From Pecten maximus (Eukaryota), in assembly GCF_902652985.1 (NCBI RefSeq), contig NC_047019.1:45074001-45138000 (forward strand): a DNA stretch of 64,000 nucleotides, given 5' to 3'. A program made the translations under genes and the position numbers. The notes under the pieces are model-generated. The model was not told the origin of the DNA. It saw only the letters and a list, made by a program, of their open reading frames with translations, and ran no database searches. Of this stretch, positions 62,063 through 64,000 are shown piece by piece (position 1 is the first letter of the stretch; each line of letters opens with the position of its first letter).

Positions 62063-63070
62063 ACTCCCTACCCGACCAGTGCATCATGTCCTTAGATTGT
62101 CTGTACTCACTCCCTACTTAACCAGTGTATCATGTCCTTACATTGTCTGTACTCACTCCCTACCTGACCAGTGTATCATGTCCTTACATTGTCTGTACTC
62201 ACTCCCTACCTGACCAGTGTATCATGTCCTTACATTGTCTGTACTCACTCCCTACCTGACCAGTGTATCATGTCCTTACATTGTCTGTACTCATTCCCTA
62301 CTTGACCAGTGTATCATGTCCTTACATTGTCTGTACTCACTCCCTACCTGACCAGTGTATCATGTCCTTACATTGTCTGTACTCACTCCCCACCTGGCCA
62401 TTGTATCATGTCCTTACATTGTCTGTACTCACTCCCAACCTGACCAGTGTATCGTGTCCTTACATTGTCTGTACTCACTCCCTACCTGACCAGTGTATCA
62501 TGTCCTTACATTGTCTGTACTCACTCTCTACCTGACCAGTGTATCATGTCCTTACATTGTCTGTACTCTCTCCCTACCTGACCAGTGTATCGTGTCCTTA
62601 CATTGTCTGTAGTCACTCCCAGTCTGACCAGTGTATCGTGTCCTTACATTGTCTGTACTCACTCCCTACCTGACCAGTGTATCATGCCCTTACATTGTCT
62701 GTACTCACTCCCTACCTGACCAGTGTATCATGTCCTTACATTGTCTGTACTCACTCCCTACCTGACCAGTGTATCATGTCCTTACATTGTCTGTACTCTC
62801 TCCCTATCTGACCAGTGTATCATGTCCTTACATTGTCTGTACTCACTCCCTACCTGACCAGTGTATCATGTCTTTACATTGTCTGTACTCACTCCCTACC
62901 TGACCAGTGTATCATGTCCTTACATTGTCTGTATTCACTCCAAACCTGACCAATGTATCATGTCTTTACATTGTCTGTACTCACTCCCTACTTGACCAGT
63001 GTATCATGTCCTTACATTGTCTGTACTCACTCCCTACTTGACCAGAGTATCACGTCCTTACATTGTCTAT
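62063..63070. repeat. 46-bp minisatellite (ACCAGTGTATCATGTCCTTACATTGTCTGTACTCACTCCCTACCTG)n
   Basis: About 22 copies, starting 80 nt after the GTPase stop codon. AATAAA follows at 63151. Confidence 0.96.
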
Positions 63071-63285
63071 TCACTATTTCTATATGATGAATGTATGCTT
63101 CATAACACATGCATTGTAGAAATTGTTGAGGATTAATTGAGCTGAATACAAATAAAATCATTTTAATCATGAAATTAAAATGATAAGATTACAAATATAT
63201 AGTAAACAACAGACTGGCCGGTTAAGGTTTGTGTTATCTTCGTCACTAATATCTTAGCCCTGGAAATCTACAGGGACAGTTGGCT

Positions 63286-63560
63286 GGTCAGTAGTCACGG
63301 ATACCGGTCAGTAGTCACGGATACCGGTCAGTAGTCACGGACACCGGTCAGTAGTCACGGATACCGGTCTGTAGTCACGGATACCGGTCAGTAGTCACGG
63401 ATACCGGTCAGTAGTCACGGATACCGGTCAGTAGTCACGGATACCGGTCAGTAGTCACGGATACCGGTCAGCAGTCACGGATACCGGTCAGTAGTCACGG
63501 ATACCGGTCAGTAGTCACGGACACCGGTCAGTAGTCACGGATACCGATCACCAGCCACAG
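63286..63560. repeat. 20-bp minisatellite (GGTCAGTAGTCACGGATACC)n
   Basis: About 13 copies. Confidence 0.95.
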
Positions 63561-64000
63561 ACACCGGCCATCAGTTACCGACACCGTTCAGTACTGTGTC
63601 AGCGATAGAGTGGACACTGCCTGACTTCACGCCTTATTCTTTCTACAAATGTTGATGTTACTTTTGATAATTTAATTTAAGAGTTACCTTGGTATATTCC
63701 GATCAACCTTGAAAACATGCTAGGGACTATACATTGTACCACAAAGAATTTAATGGTTATTGTTCATATAATGATATTTAATTGAGCTATTTAATTAATC
63801 TATTTAGTAATCCCTCCCCCCCCCCCAAAAAAAATGTGATATAATACATTAAGTATCCTGTACTGAAACTGTGGCTATTGTAGTATCTAATTAATTACCC
63901 CGGAAACGCCTTCATATAATCGGACTATACACTAAAAAAATGAGAGGGACACTTACTAACGACGAAGTTCTTGGTTAAAATCCTTGAACTGACCATTTCT

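Overview
Eukaryotic, intron-containing, AT-rich animal DNA, most likely a bivalve mollusc (inferred from the expanded C1q-domain genes, the SINE types and the Crypton-like elements). Spliced by hand, the window contains four loci. (1) The last coding exon of CSTF2/CstF-64 (175-294), which the ORF track misses. (2) A tandem cluster of three two-exon secreted coiled-coil + C1q genes (5016-13846). (3) A 7-coding-exon C6orf118-like gene with a TSNAXIP1-N-like region (20417-31175). (4) A 4-exon RERG/RASL11-type small GTPase gene (42827-61983). By rough summation about 40% of the window is more than 20 different minisatellite arrays, and most long ORFs in the track are artefacts of these arrays. Mobile DNA includes two head-to-tail Crypton-like (tyrosine-recombinase-related) elements inside a 25-bp satellite, small non-coding elements of the same hairpin architecture, SINEs, LINE remnants and MITE/foldback elements. 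The most interesting signals are: a shared 'long hairpin + asymmetric inverted terminus' element architecture that repeatedly sits in tandem arrays; minisatellites visibly seeded from neighbouring functional sequence (a SINE pol III head and an exon/5' splice donor); and a furin-type site created across the splice junction of the mosaic C1q paralogues. No CRISPR array, rRNA or intact tRNA was found.
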